A DNA stretch of 64,000 bases, taken from the NCBI GenBank assembly GCA_965208735.1, contig CBDBPM010000002.1:3382444-3446443 (forward strand), in the 5' to 3' direction. A model generated the notes under the pieces. The model was given only the letters and a program-made list of their open reading frames with translations. It did not search any database and had not been told where the DNA came from. Positions 9,306-18,431 of the stretch are shown here, piece after piece. The translations under genes were made by a program, and so were the position numbers. Within the stretch, counting starts at the first letter, position 1, and every line of letters starts with the position of its first letter. Origin of the DNA: Candidatus Poribacteria bacterium (lineage in GTDB: Bacteria; Poribacteria; WGA-4E; WGA-3G).

Positions 9306-10742
9306 ATGGCACGACAACCGAATATTCTCTTTCTTCTCACTGATCAACAGCGCTTTGATTCTCTCGGTTGCAACGGTGCGCCAATTTGCAGAACACCTGC
9401 TATTGACGAAATTGCCGCAACCGGTATGCGATTTACGAACGCTTATACCCCCATCGCGCTCTGCTCGCCAGCACGCGGTTCACTGCTTACCGGACTCTAT
9501 CCGCACAACCACGGGCAGCTGTCGAACATGGGGAATTTCAACGGTGTATTTGCAAACCAGATCCTCGACAAACCGGCATACCCAAAACTTCTACGGGATG
9601 CAGACTATCAGGTGAGTTGCATCGGTAAATGGCATCTCGCCAAGCAGGGTGACACGGAGTTCTGGGGCTATGACAAATGGCACCCTTATAATGAGTGGCA
9701 TCAGTGGCTCCGCGACGATGGAATCGACTTCCGAATTGATAGGGATGCTGTTCAACCTTTTGAATGGGGAGGCGAAGCACCTTTCTACGGAAGACATCCA
9801 CTCCCTGCTGAACGGACGATGGAGGCATGGACTGCAGATAAAACGATTGAATTAATCGACGGTTATTCGGATTCTGAGCAACCGTTTATGATTGCTGCGA
9901 ATTTCTTCGGACCGCATTTCCCGTATGCCGTGCCAGCACCTTACGACACAATGTACGATCCGGACACCGTTGAACGGTGGGGCAACTTCGATGAACAGTT
10001 CATCAACAAACCGCTCATCCAGCAGAAAGAGATGCTCCGTTGGAACGCCAGCCACCTGACATGGCCCGATTGGCAGAAAGCCATTGCCGCCTATTGGGGG
10101 TTCTGTACCTTCATTGACGATCAAGTGCGACGAATTCTCGACTGCCTTGAGGCGAACGGTTTGGCGGAAGATACTGTCATTGTCTTTTCAACCGATCACG
10201 GCGATATGCTCGGCAGCCATCGGCTTTTCAACAAAGGTTTTCACATGTACGAAGAGACACATCACATCCCGCTTGTGATCCGTTGGCCCGGCGCAACATC
10301 ACCCGGAACTACGTGTGATGAATTTGTGAACCTTGTTGATTTGATGCCGACCTTCTTGGAACTCGGAGGGGTAGTAGCACCTGATAATCTTGATGGCAGA
10401 TCTATTGTGCCGCTTTTGAGAGGTGAAACCGTGGAGGATTGGCCCGATGACGTGTTCGCCGAATTTCACGGATACGAGCCGACACTCGCTTCTGTCAGGA
10501 TGGTGCGGACGGATTCGTGGAAGTACGTCTACAATCCATATAGCGAGGACGAACTCTACGACATGAAAAGCGATCCACACGAACTCCATAACGTAGCGAA
10601 CCATCTCGGTTACAAACATGTGCTTCGTCGCATGAAAGCGCGCATGGTCGATCGTTTACGCGAGACGAAGGACAATATCGTCATGGATGGCGGATGGCAG
10701 AGCAATTCCTTTGACCTGCTCATTTCAGGAAGAGAACGGTAG
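9306..10742 (+). CDS. sulfatase (formylglycine-dependent arylsulfatase family)
   Basis: PNILFLLTDQQR and the CSPARGSLLTG (CxPxR) formylglycine motif. No N-terminal signal peptide is visible. Confidence 0.9.
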   Translation: MARQPNILFLLTDQQRFDSLGCNGAPICRTPAIDEIAATGMRFTNAYTPIALCSPARGSLLTGLYPHNHGQLSNMGNFNGVFANQILDKPAYPKLLRDADYQVSCIGKWHLAKQGDTEFWGYDKWHPYNEWHQWLRDDGIDFRIDRDAVQPFEWGGEAPFYGRHPLPAERTMEAWTADKTIELIDGYSDSEQPFMIAANFFGPHFPYAVPAPYDTMYDPDTVERWGNFDEQFINKPLIQQKEMLRWNASHLTWPDWQKAIAAYWGFCTFIDDQVRRILDCLEANGLAEDTVIVFSTDHGDMLGSHRLFNKGFHMYEETHHIPLVIRWPGATSPGTTCDEFVNLVDLMPTFLELGGVVAPDNLDGRSIVPLLRGETVEDWPDDVFAEFHGYEPTLASVRMVRTDSWKYVYNPYSEDELYDMKSDPHELHNVANHLGYKHVLRRMKARMVDRLRETKDNIVMDGGWQSNSFDLLISGRER

Positions 10743-10805
10743 TTTTTAAGTGCGTTTGTGGGTTGAATTGGGAAGCACAGCTGCTGAGTTGGTTTGCCGG
10801 AAAGG

Positions 10806-11822
10806 TTATTCCTGTTTCACTTGCCCCCACGTCGTCGTTAGGAAATTCGGTTGCGGTGCAACTGGCAATGCGAACGCTGGGTCAAACCAGTCTCCCGAAC
10901 TATTTGCTTGAAAAAAATTTCCAAATACTTTTGGTATAAAAGTATCTGTGAGTTGTTCTGAAACATCGCTGCCCAACGCTATTTTGAAGATTTGCAAGCG
11001 ATTGTTCTTATCGGCCTTGTCATAGAGAAGCGCATCGCCTTGAGGTGACCAAACCGGTGAAGTTTCTCTCGGTGCAGCGTCACTTGTAATTTGCTTCAAT
11101 CCGGTTCCGTCCCTGTTTATAATATAGAGCGTTTCTATATCAATATTTTTCTGAAGCGGTTCCGGATTCCAAGAAAAAACCAGTTTATCCGCTGTTGGTG
11201 ACCAAGCTAAACCTCCATTAATCCACGACGGTTGTGCGTCGCGTGGAAATATCACCTTCTGTTTTTTTGTGCGCACGTTAATTAGATTGATTCGTACGCT
11301 ACCACTCCCATAACCAGACAGAAAAGCTATTTCAGTGCCATCAGGGGACCATGCCGGACTGGCTCCAATCGCAATACGTTCCTCTTTTTTTCCGTCTATT
11401 GTACCGATGTAGATATACGTTCCGCTCGGTTCTCGTCTTCTATAAGCAATTTGTTTCCCGTCCGGCGACCAGGTCGCGCTTGATCTATCCTTTGACTTGC
11501 CGAACACTCGCCGCACATTTTTGCCATCTGGATCCATGAAATACAAGTCTCGGCTTAGCCGAAACCGATCACGATCGGAGGCGAAAAGAATTTGTTCACC
11601 CGTCGGCGACCAAGTCGGCACAGCATCATCCGCACGGTGGTGGGTGAGTCTTATCTGACCACTGCCATCTGGGTTCATGATATAAATTTCGCGATTGTTA
11701 TCGCGTGACGACCTAAACACAATTTTCGCAGTAGCAGGGGCTTTGGCAAGAACAGGAGAAATGCTCACACACAACAAGGCTGCGCTTGCTACGAAAGATA
11801 GGAAGTAACTCTTATGTTTCAT
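10806..11822 (-). CDS. secreted PD40 (TolB-like) beta-propeller repeat protein
   Basis: Signal peptide FLSFVASAALLCVSISPVLA. Repeated units such as EIYIMNPDGSGQIRLT...WSPTGEQILFASDRD. C-terminus is LTTTWGQVKQE. Confidence 0.8.
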   Translation of the reverse strand: MKHKSYFLSFVASAALLCVSISPVLAKAPATAKIVFRSSRDNNREIYIMNPDGSGQIRLTHHRADDAVPTWSPTGEQILFASDRDRFRLSRDLYFMDPDGKNVRRVFGKSKDRSSATWSPDGKQIAYRRREPSGTYIYIGTIDGKKEERIAIGASPAWSPDGTEIAFLSGYGSGSVRINLINVRTKKQKVIFPRDAQPSWINGGLAWSPTADKLVFSWNPEPLQKNIDIETLYIINRDGTGLKQITSDAAPRETSPVWSPQGDALLYDKADKNNRLQIFKIALGSDVSEQLTDTFIPKVFGNFFQANSSGDWFDPAFALPVAPQPNFLTTTWGQVKQE

Positions 11823-11943
11823 GGAAGGTCTCGTGAAAAATAGCGGCTATATTAATAAAAAGGTGGAAACTCGGCTTAATTATACAGAAATTGTGGAGAA
11901 AATCAACTGTTTTTTTGCGTAAAGGATTCTGAATTCTCTTTTT

Positions 11944-11972
11944 TTGAAAAAAATATGGAGATGTGATAGAAT
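11944..11972 (+). promoter_or_regulatory. sigma70-type promoter candidate for the phosphohexomutase-like gene
   Basis: TTGAAA (11944-11949), 17 nt spacer, TAGAAT (11967-11972) preceded by TGTGA. About 35 nt upstream of ATG 12008. Confidence 0.4.
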
Positions 11973-12007
11973 GTTTGTAAATCTTTAATCCTGCAAGGAG
12001 GGCGTTG

Positions 12008-14194
12008 ATGATTATCACCGTTGACGAAAGCTATCGGCAGAAGCGGGACCGCACCGAGCAACAACTCTTCGCTGTTGTTGAGCAAAATACGCCAGATACA
12101 ATCAAAACACCCCTTTTTCCACAAGACGCATCAGAGGCATTCACATTCCATCTCAATAAGGAATTGATTGAGCATTTGAATCTCTGGGAATGGTTCCGTA
12201 ACTATGCGAAGGAAGCACAAGTCTCGACCGCTGGTATCCGGGGTCCACAGAATATTTTATACCCGTGGGACACTCGCTTCCCGATTAACCAGATTGGGAT
12301 TATCTTAGCGACGCTTGGAAAGAGCCTCGTGGCAAACGAAACCTCAGACGGCAGGTTGGTTGAGAAACTCGCCGGATGCGAGGTGCGCTACAATTCGCAG
12401 AAATATGTCGAACACATCGCTCGGATCCAAGCCGCACAAGGGATTCGTACGTATGTACCGAAAGGGTTTGGTACACTGCCTATTTGGATGGCATCGTTTC
12501 TGATTTTTATGCTCGATTTGGACGGTGGCGAGCATGTCACATCCAGCCACTCCGTCAGCACCAAAAACGCGACCAAAGACCTCAACAATCAGGGCAGTCA
12601 ATACCTACCCGAAGAATCCATGCAGTTCGTTAACAAGATTGAAGAGATTCTCAAAATCGCCGAAACGGAAGGCTATCCTATTCAGTTCAGCACAGTTGAT
12701 GACGAACACATTGATTTTGAACGGCTTGATGAACTCCATGACGGTGTGCAGCTTTACGTCGGCTATCTCAAAAGCGGTGTCGCTACAGAGGCGAATCTCA
12801 GACTCATTCGTGAGGTAAGACCTCCTATTGTTGTGGATTGTGTCGGTGGGTGTATGTATCGTCCGATGCGTGCGATCTTTGAACGATTAGGGATTGCGAA
12901 CTCTATCCATTGGCTCCACATTGAGGCGGATCCGCTCTATCACAACATCGGAAAGCTCGATCGGAATCCGAAGACCGGTGCGGCTGAATTTTATGATCTC
13001 GGGTGCGATTTTAGTATCCTTGATGTCGTCAAATCCACAGATTATGCGGCGAAACTCAAAGCACAACCGGTCGGTACTATTATTCAAGCAACCGACCCAG
13101 ATGGCGATAGGCTTATCGTCTGTGAGATAGAGGATGCGTCGCGGGCAGAAACATTGGAACATCTCGGTGTCGATTTTCTGGATCTCGGGGATAACCGACT
13201 CTTGACGATTTACACACCGAATCAAGCGTTCCTCATGTTGATGGATTTCTATGCCAAGCAACTCAAAACCGCTGGACTTTGGGAAGATCATCCGCGGTTC
13301 ATGATAAAAACAACGCCTTCCGCACTCGCTTGGGATCAGTGGGGTGCCACAAACGGTGTTAAGGTTATTAACGTGCCGGTCGGTTTCAAAGAGATCGCCG
13401 CTGTTATGAAAAAGATTGAACGCCAACTTGCAGATGCGCCGGACGCACCGGCCGTTGTCCAAGATGTCTACGGTGAGACAATTTCACTCGGTGTACACCC
13501 GAGACTTATTTTCGCCGGTGAAGAGAGCGGCGGAATGATTACCGGTCCCGAAGCACTTATCCAGAGTCAAGGCGGTAGAACTGCCATTGCGATGCGTGAG
13601 AAGTCGGCGGGTGAATCTATGGTACTCGTCACCGCACTCGCAGCACACTGCAAAAAGGCGGATATACCCCTTTCTGATTACCTCGCTTTTGTCTTTACAG
13701 AGAGTCAGATCACCGCAACGTGCGATGTCAGAGAGGACATCACCTATTACAACGAATCTGAACCGAATCCTGAAAAACTCCGTGCAGCAAAATTGGAAGG
13801 CGAAGCAAAGCGTGATAAGAATGACCTCTTTTTTCTCGGTATCGCCATTGCCCTCCGCGACGGAAAAATAAGCATGGATCAAGCGCGTGCTATTCTTTCA
13901 GATGCGCTTCCGACACTTGATTTTGCAACGCTTGAAGATGTCCGATTTGTCGGGGACGGGAGTTATCTCAGGTTTCGTGATAAGTTCGTTGAAGTGCGGA
14001 AATCTGGCACGGATGCGAAAACCAAAGCCTACGCCTCCGGTGGCGATAAGGATGAGTGTCGGAAATTCGCCAAAGCCTTTGGTGAGTCAAGCGGTGAATT
14101 GACCGAACTTTACGTTGAGCGGATCGGTCAAAATTACTTAAGGGATGTTGAAAACCGAGCTCGGCAGATTTATGATGCATTTCAGTCAGAATAG
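12008..14194 (+). CDS. alpha-D-phosphohexomutase superfamily protein, unusually long with variant motifs
   Basis: STAGIRG, TSSHSV (compare TASHNP), DPDGDR (metal site), GEESGG (sugar loop) and RKSGTDA (compare RxSGTEP). AGGAGG lies 6 nt upstream of ATG 12008. Confidence 0.7.
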   Translation: MIITVDESYRQKRDRTEQQLFAVVEQNTPDTIKTPLFPQDASEAFTFHLNKELIEHLNLWEWFRNYAKEAQVSTAGIRGPQNILYPWDTRFPINQIGIILATLGKSLVANETSDGRLVEKLAGCEVRYNSQKYVEHIARIQAAQGIRTYVPKGFGTLPIWMASFLIFMLDLDGGEHVTSSHSVSTKNATKDLNNQGSQYLPEESMQFVNKIEEILKIAETEGYPIQFSTVDDEHIDFERLDELHDGVQLYVGYLKSGVATEANLRLIREVRPPIVVDCVGGCMYRPMRAIFERLGIANSIHWLHIEADPLYHNIGKLDRNPKTGAAEFYDLGCDFSILDVVKSTDYAAKLKAQPVGTIIQATDPDGDRLIVCEIEDASRAETLEHLGVDFLDLGDNRLLTIYTPNQAFLMLMDFYAKQLKTAGLWEDHPRFMIKTTPSALAWDQWGATNGVKVINVPVGFKEIAAVMKKIERQLADAPDAPAVVQDVYGETISLGVHPRLIFAGEESGGMITGPEALIQSQGGRTAIAMREKSAGESMVLVTALAAHCKKADIPLSDYLAFVFTESQITATCDVREDITYYNESEPNPEKLRAAKLEGEAKRDKNDLFFLGIAIALRDGKISMDQARAILSDALPTLDFATLEDVRFVGDGSYLRFRDKFVEVRKSGTDAKTKAYASGGDKDECRKFAKAFGESSGELTELYVERIGQNYLRDVENRARQIYDAFQSE

Positions 14195-14343
14195 TCGTCA
14201 GTTATCGGTTAACAGTTTTCAGTTAAGAGTCTTTCATAACGAAGAACTCCACCTTCGCAGTTTTTAGGAAAATGAGGATTGTTACAGAAAGTCTCTTGTC
14301 TGATAACCCTCACTGCGAGGCAAACTGAAAGCTGAAAACCACT
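14195..14343. repeat. intergenic palindromic element, copy A
   Basis: Left arm TCAGTTATCGGTTAACAGTTTTCAGTTAAGAG. Right arm CTCTTGTCTGATAACCCTCACTGCGAGGCAAACTGAAAGCTGAAAACCACT. Fills the whole spacer between stop 14194 and the RBS of the next gene. Confidence 0.75.
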
Positions 14344-14361
14344 AGAAAAAGGAGAATTACC

Positions 14362-15441
14362 ATGATCAGAACAATTATCAGTCTTTTTGGAGTGTTTATT
14401 GGACTTGCACTCCTCTTTTCTTTCGTTCCAGTATCCGATGCGGAGTGGACCGTCCTACGCGAAGATGATATTCTCCGCGGCGACGGCATTGAAGGTATGC
14501 TACAGGATGTCTATTTCATGGATGATCAGAACGGTTTGGTTGTTGGAAATGGCGGTCTCATGTTGAAGACATCGGATGGCGGCAAGACTTGGGAGAAAAT
14601 GGAAGTTAATATGCAGCCCCCGGGTGCCGGACAGAGACCCGGTGGTGGTGGACCTCCGGGTGGTGGCTTCGGTCGTGGCGGTCCCGCACCGCTCTATAAT
14701 ATCTACTTCGTAGCCGAAAACGTCGGATATATCACTGGCGGTAGAGGCACTATTCTGAAGACTGAAGATGGTGGTAAAACCTGGGCACGAAAAATGGCGA
14801 GAAGTGATACCCCTGGACGTGGTGGAAGACCCGGCGGCATTCGCGCCAATTTGATGGGCATCCAGATGATTAGTGAAACAACCGGTTTCATCGCTGGTTC
14901 AGAAAATACGATTCTCAAAACAACGGATGGAGGCGAAACTTGGGTCGGCAGCTCGGAACGCGCACGCGTCGGCGAAACCCGGAACAATCTTGAAAATATC
15001 TGGTTTGTTTCACCGACAACGGGTTGGGTTATCGGCTCATTCGGGACACTCTTGCATACCGCTGATGGTGGCGAAAATTGGGAGAAACGCGATCCCGGCT
15101 TTGATAATAACCTGTTCGGGATCTACTTCCTTGATGAAAACACCGGCTGGATCTGTGGGCAGGAGGGCTTAATCCTGCATACCACCGATGGCGGGGCAAC
15201 TTGGAACCAACAGAAAGCCGAATCCTTTGACGATCTTCACGATATTATCTTCGTTGATGCCATGGTGGGTTGGGCAGTCGGTGGTTATAACTCTATTTTG
15301 CATACCACTGATGGCGGTAAAACATGGGCAGTATCGAATATACCCGGAGGCGCGACCTTCAAGGGTGTTCATGCGACAGATCAGAACCACTGTTGGACAA
15401 TTAACGATTGGGGCGTAATCGCAGGATATAAAGCAAAATAG
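14362..15441 (+). CDS. secreted BNR/Asp-box beta-propeller (Ycf48-like)
   Basis: Signal peptide. Six SxDxGxTW boxes: TSDGGKTW, TEDGGKTW, TTDGGETW, TADGGENW, TTDGGATW, TTDGGKTW. Strong AAGGAG RBS. Confidence 0.8.
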   Translation: MIRTIISLFGVFIGLALLFSFVPVSDAEWTVLREDDILRGDGIEGMLQDVYFMDDQNGLVVGNGGLMLKTSDGGKTWEKMEVNMQPPGAGQRPGGGGPPGGGFGRGGPAPLYNIYFVAENVGYITGGRGTILKTEDGGKTWARKMARSDTPGRGGRPGGIRANLMGIQMISETTGFIAGSENTILKTTDGGETWVGSSERARVGETRNNLENIWFVSPTTGWVIGSFGTLLHTADGGENWEKRDPGFDNNLFGIYFLDENTGWICGQEGLILHTTDGGATWNQQKAESFDDLHDIIFVDAMVGWAVGGYNSILHTTDGGKTWAVSNIPGGATFKGVHATDQNHCWTINDWGVIAGYKAK

Positions 15442-15580
15442 TTATCAGTTATCGGTTTGCCTCGCAGTGAGAGTTGTCAGTTAAGAGGGTTCTTGTAACA
15501 AATCACTACCTCTTGACATATTCCAAATAAGTGTTGTATTACCTGCAACCTCTTGTCGGATAATTGGCTGCCGATAACCA
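15441..15580. repeat. intergenic palindromic element, copy B
   Basis: GTTATCAGTTATCGGTTTGCCTCGCAGTGAGAGTTGTCAGTTAAGAG...CTCTTGTCGGATAATTGGCTGCCGATAACC. The core contains TTGACA-N18-TATTAC. Confidence 0.75.
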
Positions 15581-15601
15581 TACGGAGAGAAAGGATAAGG
15601 A

Positions 15602-16813
15602 ATGTCAGAACTGAACAGTCATAAAGTTACAATGCTCGGCACTGGGCTCATCGGAATGTTCTACACGATGACGCTCCATAACCAGCGTGGCACAGATCGT
15701 GTTCACGCTGTCTACTCTCGGCGCGAAGAACGCGCAACAGCGTTTGCCGAGGAGTGGAACATCCCGCACGCGACAACCGATTTAGCAGAAGCTATTAACC
15801 ATCCTGAAACAGATGTAGTCGTCATTGGATTGCCGAATAACTTACATCTGAAAGCCGTTGAACTCGCCGCAGAAGCGGGCAAAGGGATCCTCTGCACAAA
15901 ACCCCTTGGACGCACTGCTGAAGAGGCAAAAGCGATGCTGGACATCGTTGAAGATGCCGGTGTGTTTGGTGGTTACCTCGAAGATTTGGTATATCCGCCT
16001 AAAACCCTGAAGGCGTTGGAATCTGTACAAAACGGCGCGCTCGGCAAGATTTTGTGGGTGCGTTCCCGCGAGACACATCCTGGTCCACACAGCGATTGGT
16101 TCTGGGATCTGGAGCAAGCAGGCGGCGGTGCTATCGTTGATATGGGATGCCACTGCATCGAGATTATCCGAAACTTCGTTGGGAAAAACAACAGACCGCT
16201 TGAGGTGATGTGCTGGGCAGATACGCTCGTGCATCCGATCGATGCGGAGGATCACGGCATCGCGCTCATCCGATTTGAAAGCGGTGCGATGGGACAGTTT
16301 GAAGTGGGTTGGGCATTCCGCGGCGGTATGGATTTACGCGATGAAGTCTCTGGCAGTGAGGGAACTATCTGGCTCAACCACTGGCTCCGCACAGGGTATG
16401 AGATGTTCACGGCTGTCGGACAAGGTGGTTATGTCGCTGAAAAAGCCGAAAGCGACACGGGTTGGCTTTTCCCCGTCGGTGATGAAGTCGCGGAACTCGG
16501 CTATCGCGATATGTTCCTTGATATGTTTAACGCGATTGACGAGGAACGTGAACCGATGGAAACCTTTTACGATGGATATGTTGTCAACGCTGTCATTGAT
16601 GCCTGCTATAAATCCGCTAAATCCAAGCAGTGGGAAGCAGTTGAAATCGAGGATTGGCGAGGCACGACGGAAGTTACCGACGCACAAGCAAGCCAGTCAG
16701 ATGCTGATGAGCGATATGCACATCTTAAAGACGAACGGATGCCGGATGGCAGAATGAAACGTATCTTTAGGGATCGTGAAACAGGGGAGATTATTGAGAG
16801 AGTCGAGGATTAA
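15602..16813 (+). CDS. Gfo/Idh/MocA family oxidoreductase
   Basis: N-terminal Rossmann motif [13 protein letters not shown] and a typical C-terminal alpha/beta domain. Confidence 0.85.
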   Translation: MSELNSHKVTMLGTGLIGMFYTMTLHNQRGTDRVHAVYSRREERATAFAEEWNIPHATTDLAEAINHPETDVVVIGLPNNLHLKAVELAAEAGKGILCTKPLGRTAEEAKAMLDIVEDAGVFGGYLEDLVYPPKTLKALESVQNGALGKILWVRSRETHPGPHSDWFWDLEQAGGGAIVDMGCHCIEIIRNFVGKNNRPLEVMCWADTLVHPIDAEDHGIALIRFESGAMGQFEVGWAFRGGMDLRDEVSGSEGTIWLNHWLRTGYEMFTAVGQGGYVAEKAESDTGWLFPVGDEVAELGYRDMFLDMFNAIDEEREPMETFYDGYVVNAVIDACYKSAKSKQWEAVEIEDWRGTTEVTDAQASQSDADERYAHLKDERMPDGRMKRIFRDRETGEIIERVED

Positions 16814-16827
16814 AAGGAGACTCCGAG

Positions 16828-17586
16828 ATGGCTCGAATGTTAATAGTCCTTGTGCCATTGTTCTGTCTGGTTTTAAGTAGTTTTGCTGCGTTTGAAGAAG
16901 AAACCGTATTATTATACCTCTTTGATGAAGAGGCAGCGAATAAAGCGACAGACCATTCCGAATTTGAGAATCATGGAGAGATCACCGATGCTGAATGGAC
17001 AAAGGATGGAAAACACGGTGGTGCGTTAATCTTTGATGGCGCGAGTAGCCTTATTGAAGTGCCGCATCACGACAGTCTCCACGCTGGCAGTGATGAGGTG
17101 ACAATTGAGGCATGGTTTAAACCGGCGAAATTTCCACCTGGATATCCATCGATTGCGAGAAAGGGGCTCGTGGGTGACAGCGGATGGGGACTTGACACAC
17201 CCGGTGGAACAGTCCGCGGCTTCATCTATAACGCACCCGGCGACTTCGCTGTCGCACAGGGTGAAACAGTTATGAAGTTGGATACATGGCATCATCTCGC
17301 TATGGTCTACAATGGCAAAGAGGTTCGCGTTTATCTGGACGGTGAACTGGATGGGAAAGTCGGACGAGGAGGGGACATGCACCGAAATGAGGCTCCAGTC
17401 TGGATCGGTGCACGCCAGAACAGCCACTGGCTTCATGGAACGCTTGATGAACTCCGTATCCTCAATATCGCAATCTCCCAAGAACAAATCCAAGAGGATA
17501 TGCAGAAAGGTGTCGCGTTTGCCGTAGAAGTTACGGGAAAACTCACAACAACATGGGGACGGATTAAATCCGAAATCCGCCGTTAA
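16828..17586 (+). CDS. secreted LamG/concanavalin A-like lectin domain protein (paralog 1)
   Basis: Signal peptide. WHHLAMVYNGKEVRVYLDGELDG...LDELRILN is a Laminin_G_3-like pattern. C-terminal tag is KLTTTWGRIKSEIRR. Confidence 0.75.
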   Translation: MARMLIVLVPLFCLVLSSFAAFEEETVLLYLFDEEAANKATDHSEFENHGEITDAEWTKDGKHGGALIFDGASSLIEVPHHDSLHAGSDEVTIEAWFKPAKFPPGYPSIARKGLVGDSGWGLDTPGGTVRGFIYNAPGDFAVAQGETVMKLDTWHHLAMVYNGKEVRVYLDGELDGKVGRGGDMHRNEAPVWIGARQNSHWLHGTLDELRILNIAISQEQIQEDMQKGVAFAVEVTGKLTTTWGRIKSEIRR

Positions 17587-17660
17587 CAATTGATAGTGCA
17601 TAATACATCCAGGCTCATGGAAAAATCGAGTAAGATCTGCATAAAAAGGAGGGTTTTCAA

Positions 17661-18422
17661 ATGACTCGAATGCTGACAGTTTTTGCGCTTGTGCTTTGTT
17701 TCAGTCTGAGTTGTTTCGCTGCGTTTGAAGAGGAGACGGTATTATTATACCTCTTTGACGAAGAGGTTAACGATGAAGCGACAGACCTGTCCGAGTTTGA
17801 AAATCATGGCGAGATTACCGATGCCGAATGGACAGAGGATGGAAAGGTTGGTGGCGCATTGGTCTTCGATGGTGCGAGCAGTTTGATTGAAGTGCCACAT
17901 CACGACAGTCTCCTTCCCGGTGGCGATGAACTGACAATTGAGGCGTGGTTCAAACCCGCTTCTTTTCCGGGCGGGCATCCAGTGATTGCGAGAAAAGGTT
18001 CCGTTGCTGAAAGCGGATGGGGTTTTGATACACCGGGCGGTAAAATCCGCGGATTCGTCTATACCGCACCGGGTGCTGCTGCTGTTGCTGAAGGCACGAC
18101 ACAGATGACATTGGACGCATGGCATCATGTCGCTATGGTCTACGATGGCGAAGAAATTCGCATCTATCTCGACGGTGAATTGGAGGGAGAAGTTGCGCGA
18201 GAAGGAGACATTAACGAAAACGAAGCCTCAGTCTGGATCGGCAAAAAAGCAAATGAGAGTATCTGGCTCGATGGCGTGCTTGATGAACTCCGTATTCTTA
18301 ATGTTGCGATCACAGAGGAACAGATTCAGGCGGATATGGAGGATGGTATCGCCTTTGCTGTGGAAGTTACTGGAAAACTTACAACAACATGGGGACGGAT
18401 TAAATCTGAAATCCGCAATTAG
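17661..18422 (+). CDS. secreted LamG/concanavalin A-like lectin domain protein (paralog 2, tandem duplicate)
   Basis: About 75% aa identity to the upstream gene by eye. Same signal peptide style and the same C-terminal tag, KLTTTWGRIKSEIRN. Confidence 0.75.
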   Translation: MTRMLTVFALVLCFSLSCFAAFEEETVLLYLFDEEVNDEATDLSEFENHGEITDAEWTEDGKVGGALVFDGASSLIEVPHHDSLLPGGDELTIEAWFKPASFPGGHPVIARKGSVAESGWGFDTPGGKIRGFVYTAPGAAAVAEGTTQMTLDAWHHVAMVYDGEEIRIYLDGELEGEVAREGDINENEASVWIGKKANESIWLDGVLDELRILNVAITEEQIQADMEDGIAFAVEVTGKLTTTWGRIKSEIRN

Positions 18423-18431
18423 CGACTGGAG

